Shown here piece after piece: positions 10,737 through 20,962 of a stretch of DNA of 64,000 bases. Each line of letters opens with the position of its first letter. Position 1 is the first letter of the stretch. The DNA comes from a virus. The translations under genes and the position numbers were made by a program. Where the stretch lies: the IMG/VR virus record IMGVR_UViG_3300032214_001346, positions 1 to 64,000 of that record; one strand, 5' to 3'. A model generated the notes under the pieces. The model was given only the letters and a program-made list of their open reading frames with translations. It had not been told where the DNA came from and did not search any database.

Positions 10737-11654
10737 ATGAATGTAGTTGATGAATTAATGGTTTTTTTGACAACAGAATTGGGAGAATTTAAGCAAGAAA
10801 TATTGGATGAGTTTAAAAAGATCGATTTTAAACGGGACTTGGATTTACTTTCAACCAATAACCAATTGCATCTAGACAAAGAACAATTGCAATTAGAAGT
10901 AAGAGATATCAAATTAGCTAATAACCAATTATGCTTAGACAAAAAACAATTGGAATTAGAAGTAAGTGATATCAAATTAGCTAATGGTCAATTATGCTTA
11001 GACAAAGAACAGTTAGAATTAGAAGTAAGTGATATCAAATTAGCTAATGGTCAATTATGCTTAGACAAAGAACAATTGGGTCTAGAGATAGAGGAACTCA
11101 AACTAGCTAACAATCAATTATGCTTAGGCAAAGAACAACTGGGTTTAGAAATAGAGGAATTAAAATTAAACAACAATCAGCTATGTCTAGGCAAAGAACA
11201 ATTGGGTTTAGAAATAGAGGAACTAAAACTAGCTAACAACCAATTATGCTTAGACAAAGAACAATTGGGTCTAGAGATAGAGGAACTGAAGTTAAATAAC
11301 AATCAGTTATGCTTAGGCAAAGAACAATTGGGTTTAGAGATAGAGGAACTGAAGTTAAATAACAATCAGTTATGCTTAGGCAAAGAACAATTGGGTTTAG
11401 AAGTTGAGGAGTTAAAACTAGCTAACAATCAATTATGCTTAGGCAAAGAACAATTGGGTTTAGAAGTTGAGGAGTTAAAACTAGCTAATGAGCAGTTATT
11501 TTTAAGTAATGCACAGTTGCAATTACACAATAATAAGCTACAATTAGATAATAATAAGCTACAGATGGAGAATAAACAATTGATAATCAATTACAACACA
11601 CATATTAACGAGCCTAGTCAATCTTCTATTAATATATTGGAAAGATTCTTATGA
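10737..11654 (+). CDS. Coiled-coil protein with about ten 21-aa repeats (module copy 2, gene A)
   Basis: LKLANNQLCLGKEQLGLEIEE repeats; ends SSINILERFL. Confidence 0.75.
   Translation: MNVVDELMVFLTTELGEFKQEILDEFKKIDFKRDLDLLSTNNQLHLDKEQLQLEVRDIKLANNQLCLDKKQLELEVSDIKLANGQLCLDKEQLELEVSDIKLANGQLCLDKEQLGLEIEELKLANNQLCLGKEQLGLEIEELKLNNNQLCLGKEQLGLEIEELKLANNQLCLDKEQLGLEIEELKLNNNQLCLGKEQLGLEIEELKLNNNQLCLGKEQLGLEVEELKLANNQLCLGKEQLGLEVEELKLANEQLFLSNAQLQLHNNKLQLDNNKLQMENKQLIINYNTHINEPSQSSINILERFL
10857..11490 (+). repeat. Imperfect 63-bp tandem repeat (about 10 units) inside 10737..11654
   Basis: Recurrent AATCAATTATGCTTAGGCAAAGAACAATTGGG-like units; boundaries approximate. Confidence 0.85.
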
Positions 11655-12739
11655 CAACAGACTCAACTTTGCAACTAACACCGCAATTAGCCCCGCAGTT
11701 TGATACCGCTGTTTTAGATTTGAATTTTAAAAAAGGAGAGTCCGCCCAGTTTTCTGTAACTATTGCAGACTATAACCTCGATCTTCGTGGTTGTTTGGTA
11801 TTTGCAGAAATCAGAAAACTATCACCTGGATATAACCTTTTACAAGGCTTCACTGGTATCATTACTCAAGGTAGTGATACTATTTTGTTGCGTCAATATC
11901 CCACCACTCACGATAGATTCCAAGCTTTAAGTGCTTGCGGAATCCGTGCTGGGGATTTAATCACTTTGGAAGGATCTGGCATTACTGCTTCAAAAGTCTT
12001 AGCTGTGACAGATACCGCTTTGGTGTGTTCAACTCCAGCTACTCGGTCAATCAGCGAAGGTCGCTTATTTTTAAGGTCTTTATCATCAGCTTCATTCACT
12101 GCTGTTCCCATTTCTACATTTGGAGAGATTGCTGCTAATGTAACGGCTGGCACTGTCACTGTATCTTCATCACCGGCTACTGTTCCTGCTGGGAATACTT
12201 TGATGTTTCGTAAAGCAGATGGAACAGCCCAGCCTTTCGTACTATCACAGGATTTAATTGTTGGCGGTACTGTAATTTCTGGTGCAGGTACTGTAACTAG
12301 TGGTGCGATCGCAAAAGTGGGAGTACAAACCATCATTGTTAATGAGCAAATGGCTGTTAACGCTACTTCTATCACTGTATCACCTTTGTTAATGGGAATT
12401 GAAGCAGGGGCTTTGTTGAACTTTGCTATTAGAACCAGTGACGGGTGGCAATATGTAGGAAAAGCCATTACTTCCAGTGCTGTAGCCCACAGTGTCCCAA
12501 CCAGCCCAATTACTTCTATTCCTGTAGAAGCTTTGACATCAGCAATTCCTAAGAATGCGATCGCCTGGCACGGAAACACGCCTTTCAATTCTTTTTATTT
12601 AGCTATAGATCCAGCGGACACCCACTTTTTAGAATCTGGATTGTACGGATACGACGTGATTTGTAGAAAACCTGATGGATATACGATAAGATTGATACAA
12701 GGCAAAGTATCTTTGTCTGACCATTGGAGTGATTTGTAG
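11651..12739 (+). CDS. Tail fibre/baseplate adaptor-like protein (module copy 2, gene B)
   Basis: Paralog of 5142..6215. Confidence 0.55.
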   Translation: MTTDSTLQLTPQLAPQFDTAVLDLNFKKGESAQFSVTIADYNLDLRGCLVFAEIRKLSPGYNLLQGFTGIITQGSDTILLRQYPTTHDRFQALSACGIRAGDLITLEGSGITASKVLAVTDTALVCSTPATRSISEGRLFLRSLSSASFTAVPISTFGEIAANVTAGTVTVSSSPATVPAGNTLMFRKADGTAQPFVLSQDLIVGGTVISGAGTVTSGAIAKVGVQTIIVNEQMAVNATSITVSPLLMGIEAGALLNFAIRTSDGWQYVGKAITSSAVAHSVPTSPITSIPVEALTSAIPKNAIAWHGNTPFNSFYLAIDPADTHFLESGLYGYDVICRKPDGYTIRLIQGKVSLSDHWSDL

Positions 12740-12772
12740 ATTTAATTATTCAAATATTTAGGAGAAAATATA

Positions 12773-14686
12773 ATGGCTGATGTAATTGTTTCTAGATCAA
12801 TTCCGATTGAACCCGGTCGCAAAACCGCAAATCAAAGTATTTCAGTAACTTTACCCACGGATCAGGCGGAACTATATGTAGTAGATGCGGCAACTTCACG
12901 TTCAGAAGTACGCGAATCTATGTTTGGTTTTGAAACCACTGAGCGTAGGCAATTTCTATTACAGGAACTCCCTTCTTATGGGATTGACTTGAATGTTTGG
13001 TCCAATACGGGAAACGTAAATTATATTCCTAGTATTGGTGGTATTGAATTGACGGTACCATCAACTAGTAGCTTTTCAACGCACCAAACACAATTTGCAT
13101 TTAAATATCAGCCCGGAAAACAGATATCCATATCACAAGCTGTACAGGTGGCTATGGGACCGGCGATCGCTAACTCTATCGTTCAATGGGGAGAATTTAC
13201 CCGGCGTGATGGGTATGGGTGGCGGCTAATGACAAAGGATAGAGGAGCAAACTTAGGCAGCACCACTATTCGTCCTTGGGACAATTATTTATACTTTTTT
13301 AGGCGAACATCAGCTATACCATCTTCAGTCCCTTCTGCAACAAAAGTCACTGCTGACGTAGTAGCGGGTATGTCTACCTCTAGCGCTCTAGGTGTATTGG
13401 TAGGGGATAGTTTATTATACCGGCCTAGTTATTTGGTTGGCGCTGATGGATTAAGCACTACTTATATTGATATAGACACCTGGGAGGAATTAGCTTATAC
13501 AAGTGTAGTTCCAACTCAAAGTACATTTAATTGTGATAAATACACTGGATTAGCAGGAGACGGGATTCCTGGGATTGATAACTCTAGGGGGACTAGTGCC
13601 AGACAAGTATCAGCAATTACTACTAGTTATGAAGTTACAGGTTGCACTACAACCAGCACTTCAACAACTGTAACTTGCAATACTACTGATGGGACGACAC
13701 AAGTGCTAAAAGTCGGCATGAGTGTCAGGGGAGCGGGAATACCAGCAGGAACAGTCATTAGACTTGTTAGCGGAACGGGAATAACTATAAGCAATGCAGC
13801 TACAGCAACCAGTACCACTGTTACTTTGTTTTTTAATGAAGTAGCGAATTTAGCTATGTTTTTGATTCAGCGTAGTTGGTATGGTGGTTCTGGTGGTCGG
13901 TGCTTAATCTATATGCCAGATCAGAATCCTCCTTACAACGGGGGGACACGCTGGGTTAAAGGGCATGAAATCAGAATTGGGGATACTTTACCTGTGGCTT
14001 CAATGTCCAGTCCTGATATGCCAGTGACTTACTTGATCGGGAAAAGAGCAGGAAATAGCACAGTTGATGGTAGTGCTTTCTTACGTCGCTTTGGTGTATC
14101 TGTATGGATTGATGGAGGTGATCCGCGTCCTGCCAAAATTGAGTCTGCTAGTGCCACTGGCGTGACTGTAAGCAATAGTGCTTATCATCCAATGTTGGCT
14201 TTAGCTATTAAGCCTTGGGTTTGGAATAAAGACGTAACAAGCAACAAAAGACCGCAACGCTCGCGTGTATATCCGTACAAGTTAATGGCTTCTTCTACTC
14301 AGAATACAGAACTTTACTTTATCAAGTGTCCTGTGAGTCAAGTAACGGCACTGGGTAGTGGTACTTCATGGTATTTAGGGCAATCTGCGAGCGATCATTT
14401 GAAAGTGGTGGCTACAACTAGAATATTCACAGGAACAATTGTCTCTACTTCAGGATATCCTAGCGGCGTTTCTGGAAAGTTGATCGGGGCATTTTATATA
14501 GGTGCGAATGAGTCTGTGGACATTGACTTATTAGAGATTTTTGATCCGCAAAGAGAACTTTTGGGAAGAGGAGAAACACCAATCACTGACGACACCCCAG
14601 GTGATTGTTTATTAATAATTTGCCGATCTTTAGTGGCTAGTACCAATGCGATCGCTTCTGTATCCTTGATTTATGGGGTGCAATAA
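12773..14686 (+). CDS. Putative tail fibre/structural protein (module copy 2, gene C)
   Basis: Paralog of 6218..7798 with insertions. Confidence 0.55.
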   Translation: MADVIVSRSIPIEPGRKTANQSISVTLPTDQAELYVVDAATSRSEVRESMFGFETTERRQFLLQELPSYGIDLNVWSNTGNVNYIPSIGGIELTVPSTSSFSTHQTQFAFKYQPGKQISISQAVQVAMGPAIANSIVQWGEFTRRDGYGWRLMTKDRGANLGSTTIRPWDNYLYFFRRTSAIPSSVPSATKVTADVVAGMSTSSALGVLVGDSLLYRPSYLVGADGLSTTYIDIDTWEELAYTSVVPTQSTFNCDKYTGLAGDGIPGIDNSRGTSARQVSAITTSYEVTGCTTTSTSTTVTCNTTDGTTQVLKVGMSVRGAGIPAGTVIRLVSGTGITISNAATATSTTVTLFFNEVANLAMFLIQRSWYGGSGGRCLIYMPDQNPPYNGGTRWVKGHEIRIGDTLPVASMSSPDMPVTYLIGKRAGNSTVDGSAFLRRFGVSVWIDGGDPRPAKIESASATGVTVSNSAYHPMLALAIKPWVWNKDVTSNKRPQRSRVYPYKLMASSTQNTELYFIKCPVSQVTALGSGTSWYLGQSASDHLKVVATTRIFTGTIVSTSGYPSGVSGKLIGAFYIGANESVDIDLLEIFDPQRELLGRGETPITDDTPGDCLLIICRSLVASTNAIASVSLIYGVQ

Positions 14687-17112
14687 TGGAAGAAATACAG
14701 AAGATTTATTTTCCTGAAAGCTTTGGATCAGACCCCAAGGACACAGGCGCACAACCTTTGTCAGATCCAGACAGCCGACACTATAGCGTTACCTTGGCTA
14801 ATGATTATTTTATTGGGATTCAGCGAAGAAAAAACTCTGCTAATCTACCTGATAGTGAAGTGTCTTCTAGCCAATTTGGATTCCCCATTCAGGATGAGCG
14901 AATACTGCTATTTGCCGACACAAATGGATATGGGACAGACTCAACTAAATGGGATATTGGATTATCGCTAACTAACGAAGCAAACACTCCCAATAGCCAA
15001 AAACTATGGGGAGTGGGTGTAGGGCTGACCGCTGCTTATACAGGGATAGAATCTTACACTGAATACAAGGATAACGCTACTCAATTAATTATTGGGAACA
15101 GTACCACGACCTCCTCTAAATATGTTGTTTTGACCTCCAAACAGCTATTTGATTGCGATGCTGCAAATAATATTTTCATCAGCTTTGGCATTAAGATGGA
15201 GGCTTCGTCTATCGGCAATGGCGTGACCTTCAAAGCTGGTTTATTTAATTATCAATCTGGCTGGTTTATTCAGGTTCGAGACAATATTATTTCTGTCGTT
15301 CAAAGATTTACAATTGATGGAATCACCACTGAAAATAACTATGGGAGAAGCATCTTTAAAGACAAACTAGACGGCACTGGTGTATCAGGGTTAAACGTTG
15401 ATTTTTCCTTGGTAACAATGTTTGCAATTGAGCTAGGGAGCTTTGACGGTAGCGGCGCTAGATTTTATATTTACGCGCGAGACAACAATCAGAATGATCG
15501 CCATAGATGGATATTATTTGCAGATATCCCTACTAGTGAATATGTGCAAACTATTGAAAGAAATCCTATTCCTCTTCCTTTCAACTTTGAGATTGAAACA
15601 TCAGGAAGTACAGGAGGTATTCTTAGTCGCTATGGATGCTCGGTAATTAAACTGGGATCTGATACTTCACAATTAAAATTATTTAGCGCAGCCTCTAATA
15701 CTTTGCCCTTAATCCCATCCAAGGAAGTATTTGCTTTTGCAGTTTTAACCAAAGAATTGTACATAGATAAGCCTAACAATACGAAGATATTTCTTAAGTA
15801 TTTAAACGCGGTGTCTGACGTGCCAATAGAGATAATTTTTAGGCGATTAAAACTCACTAGCAGCAACATTGACAGTCTGAAGTTTAAACCTAGCTTGAGA
15901 GAAGAATATGATCCAAATAATTTAGTTTATTTGATTAGTGGCGATAAGCTATATTTTGTTTCTATTGCCAATCAATCTGCTGTTAAATCCGTTAATGTAT
16001 CATTGAATAATATTTGGTTTGATGCAGTCAAAGATTTGATTTTCGGCACACAAACAAATAGCAGTGATATTTTAATCATTAATGGGTCTACAGGGGTGAT
16101 CGTCGCTTCTGTAACAACGGGAAAGATTAATTGTCATGATGTGGTGATATCAGGAAATACTCTCTATGTTTCTCATCCGGGGAATGATCAAGTCACTGTT
16201 TGGAATATTGCTGATATTACAGCCATAACCCTTACCAGTACAATTGATGTAGGCGACGACCCGCGAGATTTGATTGTGGGAGACGGACGGGTATTTTGTG
16301 CTAATCGTACTGGTAATAGTATTTCTATCATTAGCACTATTGACAATTCAGTATCACAGACGATAACAGTCGCTAGTACACCTAATGCCATGATCCACAA
16401 CCGTGTTTCTTTGTATGTAGCTACTGGGGACAATAAAGTTTATAGGTATACCCGATCAGGTACAACTTATGCCGTAGATAGTGCTAGTACCTTTGATACA
16501 ATGGTAAATCCTGATTCTTTGGCATTTGTAGATACTGCTGAAATAATTTATATAGGGAGTAGTACAACAAAATCACTAAATATCAGAGATTTGAATGCGG
16601 CTACTCCAATCACCATTACTGAACAATTAAGTGCAAACACCATAGGACTAATAACGGATACCGACGGTAACATATACCTGTATGACAGCATCGGAAATGT
16701 CACAGATTTATTTTATGATAGAATATTTGTGACTTTATCTAGTCCGACAAGCACGTTGAAAGGAAACCTTTTAAGCAGCGCAATTACAGCAATAATTTTA
16801 CCTGGGCTACAACCTTTAGGCGATATCGTCTGTAGCTTTATTTCTAGCAAGAGTTCCCAGATATATTTAGAGCAATTCTTTCAAGAATACAAGGAATTTT
16901 TCAGCACGTCCTATGATTTGAATGGGGCTACAATCGCCCAAGATTTAATCTTAATTTTTCTGAAACATATTGGGGAAAATTTAAGTTTATTAGCTGAACA
17001 AATTATCTGGCTGGAAGGAACTACTGGATTAACTACTACTTACGGATCTGAATCATTGCATTTTTCTAATCCTGGATCGGCAACAGTATCATTAATAATA
17101 GGGCAAAATTAA
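14686..17112 (+). CDS. Putative tail protein with inserted YVTN-type beta-propeller (module copy 2, gene D)
   Basis: Paralog of 7783..9405; TIDVGDDPRDL and VFCANRTGNSISII are YVTN-like repeats. Confidence 0.6.
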   Translation: MEEIQKIYFPESFGSDPKDTGAQPLSDPDSRHYSVTLANDYFIGIQRRKNSANLPDSEVSSSQFGFPIQDERILLFADTNGYGTDSTKWDIGLSLTNEANTPNSQKLWGVGVGLTAAYTGIESYTEYKDNATQLIIGNSTTTSSKYVVLTSKQLFDCDAANNIFISFGIKMEASSIGNGVTFKAGLFNYQSGWFIQVRDNIISVVQRFTIDGITTENNYGRSIFKDKLDGTGVSGLNVDFSLVTMFAIELGSFDGSGARFYIYARDNNQNDRHRWILFADIPTSEYVQTIERNPIPLPFNFEIETSGSTGGILSRYGCSVIKLGSDTSQLKLFSAASNTLPLIPSKEVFAFAVLTKELYIDKPNNTKIFLKYLNAVSDVPIEIIFRRLKLTSSNIDSLKFKPSLREEYDPNNLVYLISGDKLYFVSIANQSAVKSVNVSLNNIWFDAVKDLIFGTQTNSSDILIINGSTGVIVASVTTGKINCHDVVISGNTLYVSHPGNDQVTVWNIADITAITLTSTIDVGDDPRDLIVGDGRVFCANRTGNSISIISTIDNSVSQTITVASTPNAMIHNRVSLYVATGDNKVYRYTRSGTTYAVDSASTFDTMVNPDSLAFVDTAEIIYIGSSTTKSLNIRDLNAATPITITEQLSANTIGLITDTDGNIYLYDSIGNVTDLFYDRIFVTLSSPTSTLKGNLLSSAITAIILPGLQPLGDIVCSFISSKSSQIYLEQFFQEYKEFFSTSYDLNGATIAQDLILIFLKHIGENLSLLAEQIIWLEGTTGLTTTYGSESLHFSNPGSATVSLIIGQN

Positions 17113-17114
17113 TT

Positions 17115-19127
17115 ATGGCAACTAACACTTTAACCAGAACGGAATCAAGTAACGAATTATTTGTGTACAGATATACACAGCCTTCGGGGAGCGCTGAAGC
17201 TAGTGTAGTAAATTTGAGTATGCCTACAACAGGGTACAACAATCCTTTTAATGAATCAAGCGGACAGTGGCGAATCCTGAACTTACGGGTTGACGGGGGA
17301 AATTACAATGCGGAACTTGAGTTTGGATTTAAAAACAATGATACCAGCAAACCTTTATCTGGTATCTGTGGCTTTACCGTAGGACAACCACCGCTTTATG
17401 CTACCCACATCAATACTATTGCTAAAAGTATCGCTTATGGATTTATAAACAATCCTTTTACAGCTACTGATGGGCTGTATATTGTTCACGAAAATACTCT
17501 TGTGCAAGTAACTGGAACATTTGATATTGCTGCTTTACGTATCGTAATCAAAAATGGAACGGCTTCATACTACAGCGGGAACAGCTTGATATTAGAAAGT
17601 ATCATGGGCATTACTTCGTGTCCATTGTATGTTGCTGCTGCTTTAGGATACGCGGGAAACCAAGTTAGCGATATTGGCATTAGTGGTGCTAGTGGGTACA
17701 CGCTACCAGTCCCAGACTACACTAAAGAACTTTATTTTCTGTGTAGCGGACTAACAGCTACTTCACCACGATATCCAGGAAGGCTGGCTGATCCAGCAAT
17801 TGCAATAGGCTCACTAACCCATCTTGCAATTCGTACGTCTGCGGCTTTTACTGTTTCATATCCAGATGAAAATGTAAATATTGGTGCTTCAGCCGGAACT
17901 AATTACCAGATTCTTACTAAAGAATATTCTGGAGTTCCGTTTGTGATAAAATTAACGTTTGCATCCTTAGCAAATTTAACTGGATTACGCTTTGTCAATG
18001 GTGCGGCAGGGACGGGTACTTCTTTGTCTAGATCACTTGCTTCTTTGACTGGACTAAAAGAGTTGGAAGTCAGGGGAGGCACAGAGGGACGGACACTGGG
18101 CAAAAATACTTTCCCGACAGGATTAGAATCTTTATATCTTCATGGTAATCATGAGATTTCTAATCCATTAAATATTATGCCGGCTCTTAAATCTTTGCGA
18201 TATTTAGAGCAAAAAGAAAATACGACTTCAAATATTGAATTACTGGGATTTCCGAACTTACAATTATTAGAAATTCCTGTGGGGGCGGCTTGGGCAATAT
18301 CTAGTTTTGAGTCGCTCCAGAATTTCCGACTGATGTTTAATCCCATAAGAAACACCACTACTCATGGATTTTATGGCACTGCTTTGGTTAATGCGAATCA
18401 GTTTATTGTACTTACTAACTTAGCGATCGCTCAACAATCAGCAACGCTACTTTATGGGTGGCCAATTCAAAATTCTGGGAATAATTCTTTTATATCCAAT
18501 TTAAGCAGTTACGCCAGTCAAGTTAGTGGATTTCTTTCAAATTCTTCACGGGGTGATTCAATCACTATAAGCAGCAATGTAATTACTTTAACTATAACCG
18601 CAAGTATAACAACTGAAGTAGATAGCTTTTTAAGTGCTAATCAGTTTATCTTGCTAAAAAAATCAGATAATACGTTAAAGCAACTTAGAAAAATAGCTAG
18701 TGTAAACAAACCCAATAGCACTACATACACAATTACGCTAGACAGAGTCAAAATTGATATCACCTGCGGCACGGTGACTATAGCGGCAGGTACAGATGCA
18801 AATACTTTCGTGATGAGCGGTTTTAGTATTGCTGGCAGCATTGGCAACATTCGCGTGGGCGATACTGTGCGCGTTAGTTCTGTGACAATGCCAATATCAG
18901 GAACAGCAGCTCCGTCTATAGTTATTAGCAAAACAAATAATACAGTCACAGTCTTAAAAGGAACTAATGTGACTGATGGAATAGCTGCATCTGCATCAGC
19001 CACAGTAGTATTTGATTATGAGTTTTCAACCGGAAATTACCCCACTGCTGTAACTTCTCCCAGCGCAACTCCATCAGAAATTCATCTTTCTACAGGAACA
19101 AGAGCAATTTACCAATATTTAATTTAA
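17115..19127 (+). CDS. Putative receptor-binding protein with leucine-rich-repeat-like segment
   Basis: LTGLKELEV, PTGLESLYL, PALKSLRYL and PNLQLLEI repeats. Confidence 0.5.
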   Translation: MATNTLTRTESSNELFVYRYTQPSGSAEASVVNLSMPTTGYNNPFNESSGQWRILNLRVDGGNYNAELEFGFKNNDTSKPLSGICGFTVGQPPLYATHINTIAKSIAYGFINNPFTATDGLYIVHENTLVQVTGTFDIAALRIVIKNGTASYYSGNSLILESIMGITSCPLYVAAALGYAGNQVSDIGISGASGYTLPVPDYTKELYFLCSGLTATSPRYPGRLADPAIAIGSLTHLAIRTSAAFTVSYPDENVNIGASAGTNYQILTKEYSGVPFVIKLTFASLANLTGLRFVNGAAGTGTSLSRSLASLTGLKELEVRGGTEGRTLGKNTFPTGLESLYLHGNHEISNPLNIMPALKSLRYLEQKENTTSNIELLGFPNLQLLEIPVGAAWAISSFESLQNFRLMFNPIRNTTTHGFYGTALVNANQFIVLTNLAIAQQSATLLYGWPIQNSGNNSFISNLSSYASQVSGFLSNSSRGDSITISSNVITLTITASITTEVDSFLSANQFILLKKSDNTLKQLRKIASVNKPNSTTYTITLDRVKIDITCGTVTIAAGTDANTFVMSGFSIAGSIGNIRVGDTVRVSSVTMPISGTAAPSIVISKTNNTVTVLKGTNVTDGIAASASATVVFDYEFSTGNYPTAVTSPSATPSEIHLSTGTRAIYQYLI

Positions 19128-19128
19128 C

Positions 19129-20370
19129 ATGAAATTAGCAATTAAAACTAACAAGACGGCTGATATTACAGACTTAATCCCCAAGTTTGTTGTATTCTTT
19201 GATGCTTCTCTCCCAATCACTATTACAAAAGATGCAAATAATAAGATTTCTGGATGGCTAGATAGAAGCTTGAACGGATTTCATGCTGCTCAAACGACCC
19301 TTGCTTATCAACCCACTTACACATCTTTTGATGGCTTTTTTGGAATAGGATTTTCAAGCGTTAATAGTGTTAATAACGGCTTTTTGCAATTTACAGTTCC
19401 TGCAAACTTCTCTGTATCAAATGGGATTTTGTATGTAGCAACTGATAAATATTTATTGCCTCTGCGAATTAATATTGCTACCAGTGCGTCAGCAAGAACT
19501 TTTGAAATAACTGGAGGAATAGCGAATATTTTGACAGGGCTGATACTTTTCAATGGCACACCAACGTCCAGCGAAGACAGTAGGATAACGAGTTACTTAA
19601 GGCTTAAAGGCGCTAATAGGTTGCCATTAGCTAGTTTAAATATGGATTTTTGCGTGCAACCATCAAGCGTAAGCGGATTATACGGGGATCCTCTTTTGAG
19701 GCAAGTCAGCAGCTTAAATGCCTTAGGGATTTTGGATATGAATAGTCTCAACAACGTTACAAAAGCTTTTTTAGCTTTGAACAAAATAACTGAATTTCCT
19801 GTAATCGATAGTAGAAATATTACCAACATAAACCAAACATGGTTTGGCATGTCCGGGCTACAATCCTTTCCTGCATTAAATTTGAGTAATGTTACAAATG
19901 CGCGAAGTGCATTCTTGGGATGCACTGGAATCAGTTCTTTTTTTAATTCTTTCAGCAATTTATCAAAAGCTATTGATGTTGCCTTCGCCTGGAATGGCTG
20001 CACTAATTTAGTAAATTTTCCTGCCATGAACTTTGCAGCCGCCAATACATTTGAAAGTACCTGGACAAATTGCAAACTCAATATTGAGAGTGTCGATAAT
20101 ATCCTGATATCCATAGCGGCGGGATTGGCGAACAACCCCACCAAGATACTAGCAGCTAATGGCGGATCTTCTACGCTTACAGGCACAAATAATGCTGTTC
20201 CTGGGACTAGCAACAGGAGATTAAGCTGGGGTGCTAATGCTTGGGAATTTAATCTTTCTCAAATCAATGAAAATATCAGTGGAACTACTTATGATTTCAG
20301 AAGTGGAATCACAGGGCAACAGGCTAAAAATTGGTTAGCTGCAAAAGGATGGGCGATCGCAACTAATTAA
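19129..20370 (+). CDS. Putative tail/adhesin protein with BspA/DUF285-like repeats
   Basis: FDAS..IT...SGW.DRS.NG.HA.Q N-terminus; FP.lN.SNVTN...AF.GCT repeats; ends KGWAI. Confidence 0.6.
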   Translation: MKLAIKTNKTADITDLIPKFVVFFDASLPITITKDANNKISGWLDRSLNGFHAAQTTLAYQPTYTSFDGFFGIGFSSVNSVNNGFLQFTVPANFSVSNGILYVATDKYLLPLRINIATSASARTFEITGGIANILTGLILFNGTPTSSEDSRITSYLRLKGANRLPLASLNMDFCVQPSSVSGLYGDPLLRQVSSLNALGILDMNSLNNVTKAFLALNKITEFPVIDSRNITNINQTWFGMSGLQSFPALNLSNVTNARSAFLGCTGISSFFNSFSNLSKAIDVAFAWNGCTNLVNFPAMNFAAANTFESTWTNCKLNIESVDNILISIAAGLANNPTKILAANGGSSTLTGTNNAVPGTSNRRLSWGANAWEFNLSQINENISGTTYDFRSGITGQQAKNWLAAKGWAIATN

Positions 20371-20379
20371 CCCATTAAA

Positions 20380-20401
20380 AAACCCGCTCTGTAGCGGGTT
20401 T
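20380..20401. terminator. Bidirectional intrinsic terminator closing the tail operon
   Basis: AAACCCGCT-ctgt-AGCGGGTTT between convergent genes. Confidence 0.8.
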
Positions 20402-20417
20402 CGTTTATTACAATATT

Positions 20418-20765
20418 CTATTCCCAGTTGCTAACATCAATATCAATAATCTCTGTCTGTTTGTTGTTAAAAAGCTTACTGATTCTGTAGCTTATCTTGT
20501 GTTTAAGAATCACAAAGAAGTAGAAAGTCCGCCTAAACTTAAACAAAGGAAATGTGATTGCATCTATTATAGATACTAAAAAGTTTTTAGGCATTAAGCC
20601 CTGATAGCAGCAGTCGGCATAAACATCTACCATCTCCAAAGTGGAGCATCCACTGTATTGTGGGAATTGTCGCTTAAACTCATCTTCCCAGACTCCGAAC
20701 GCTTTCATGGGTTCATAAGTAAAAGCATACTGCACATACCACCAACCAAATCTCATTTTTTCCAT
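20418..20765 (-). CDS. Hypothetical protein (true start probably ATG 20765, MEKMRF, not TTG 20843)
   Basis: ATG lies 4 nt after the stop of the small ORF 20770..20898. Confidence 0.55.
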   Translation of the reverse strand: MEKMRFGWWYVQYAFTYEPMKAFGVWEDEFKRQFPQYSGCSTLEMVDVYADCCYQGLMPKNFLVSIIDAITFPLFKFRRTFYFFVILKHKISYRISKLFNNKQTEIIDIDVSNWE

Positions 20766-20769
20766 TGTT

Positions 20770-20898
20770 TTAATCCTTACACTTTCCTTTTTTGATACAA
20801 TCTCCCGTTTGATCGTCACGGGCTGCCAGTGTGGGACTGGCAATATTAAGAATTGTTGAGATTGCTATTAATAGCAATGCAACCTGATATTGTTTCAT
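20770..20898 (-). CDS. 42-aa signal-peptide-bearing small protein MKQYQVALLLIAISTILNIASPTLAARDDQTGDCIKKGKCKD (not in ORF track)
   Basis: Translated by hand; AAGGA about 13 nt upstream; n/h/c signal-peptide pattern. Confidence 0.6.
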   Translation of the reverse strand: MKQYQVALLLIAISTILNIASPTLAARDDQTGDCIKKGKCKD

Positions 20899-20962
20899 GG
20901 TCACAGTCACTTTCCTTGTGATAAAGGTAGGTTTTGCTTGCCGGCGCACCTACCTTTTTGAA

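Noticed and set aside
4663-20370. Diversity-generating retroelement or invertible tail cassette
   Set aside because: No reverse transcriptase, invertase or near-identical template/variable repeat pair was seen.
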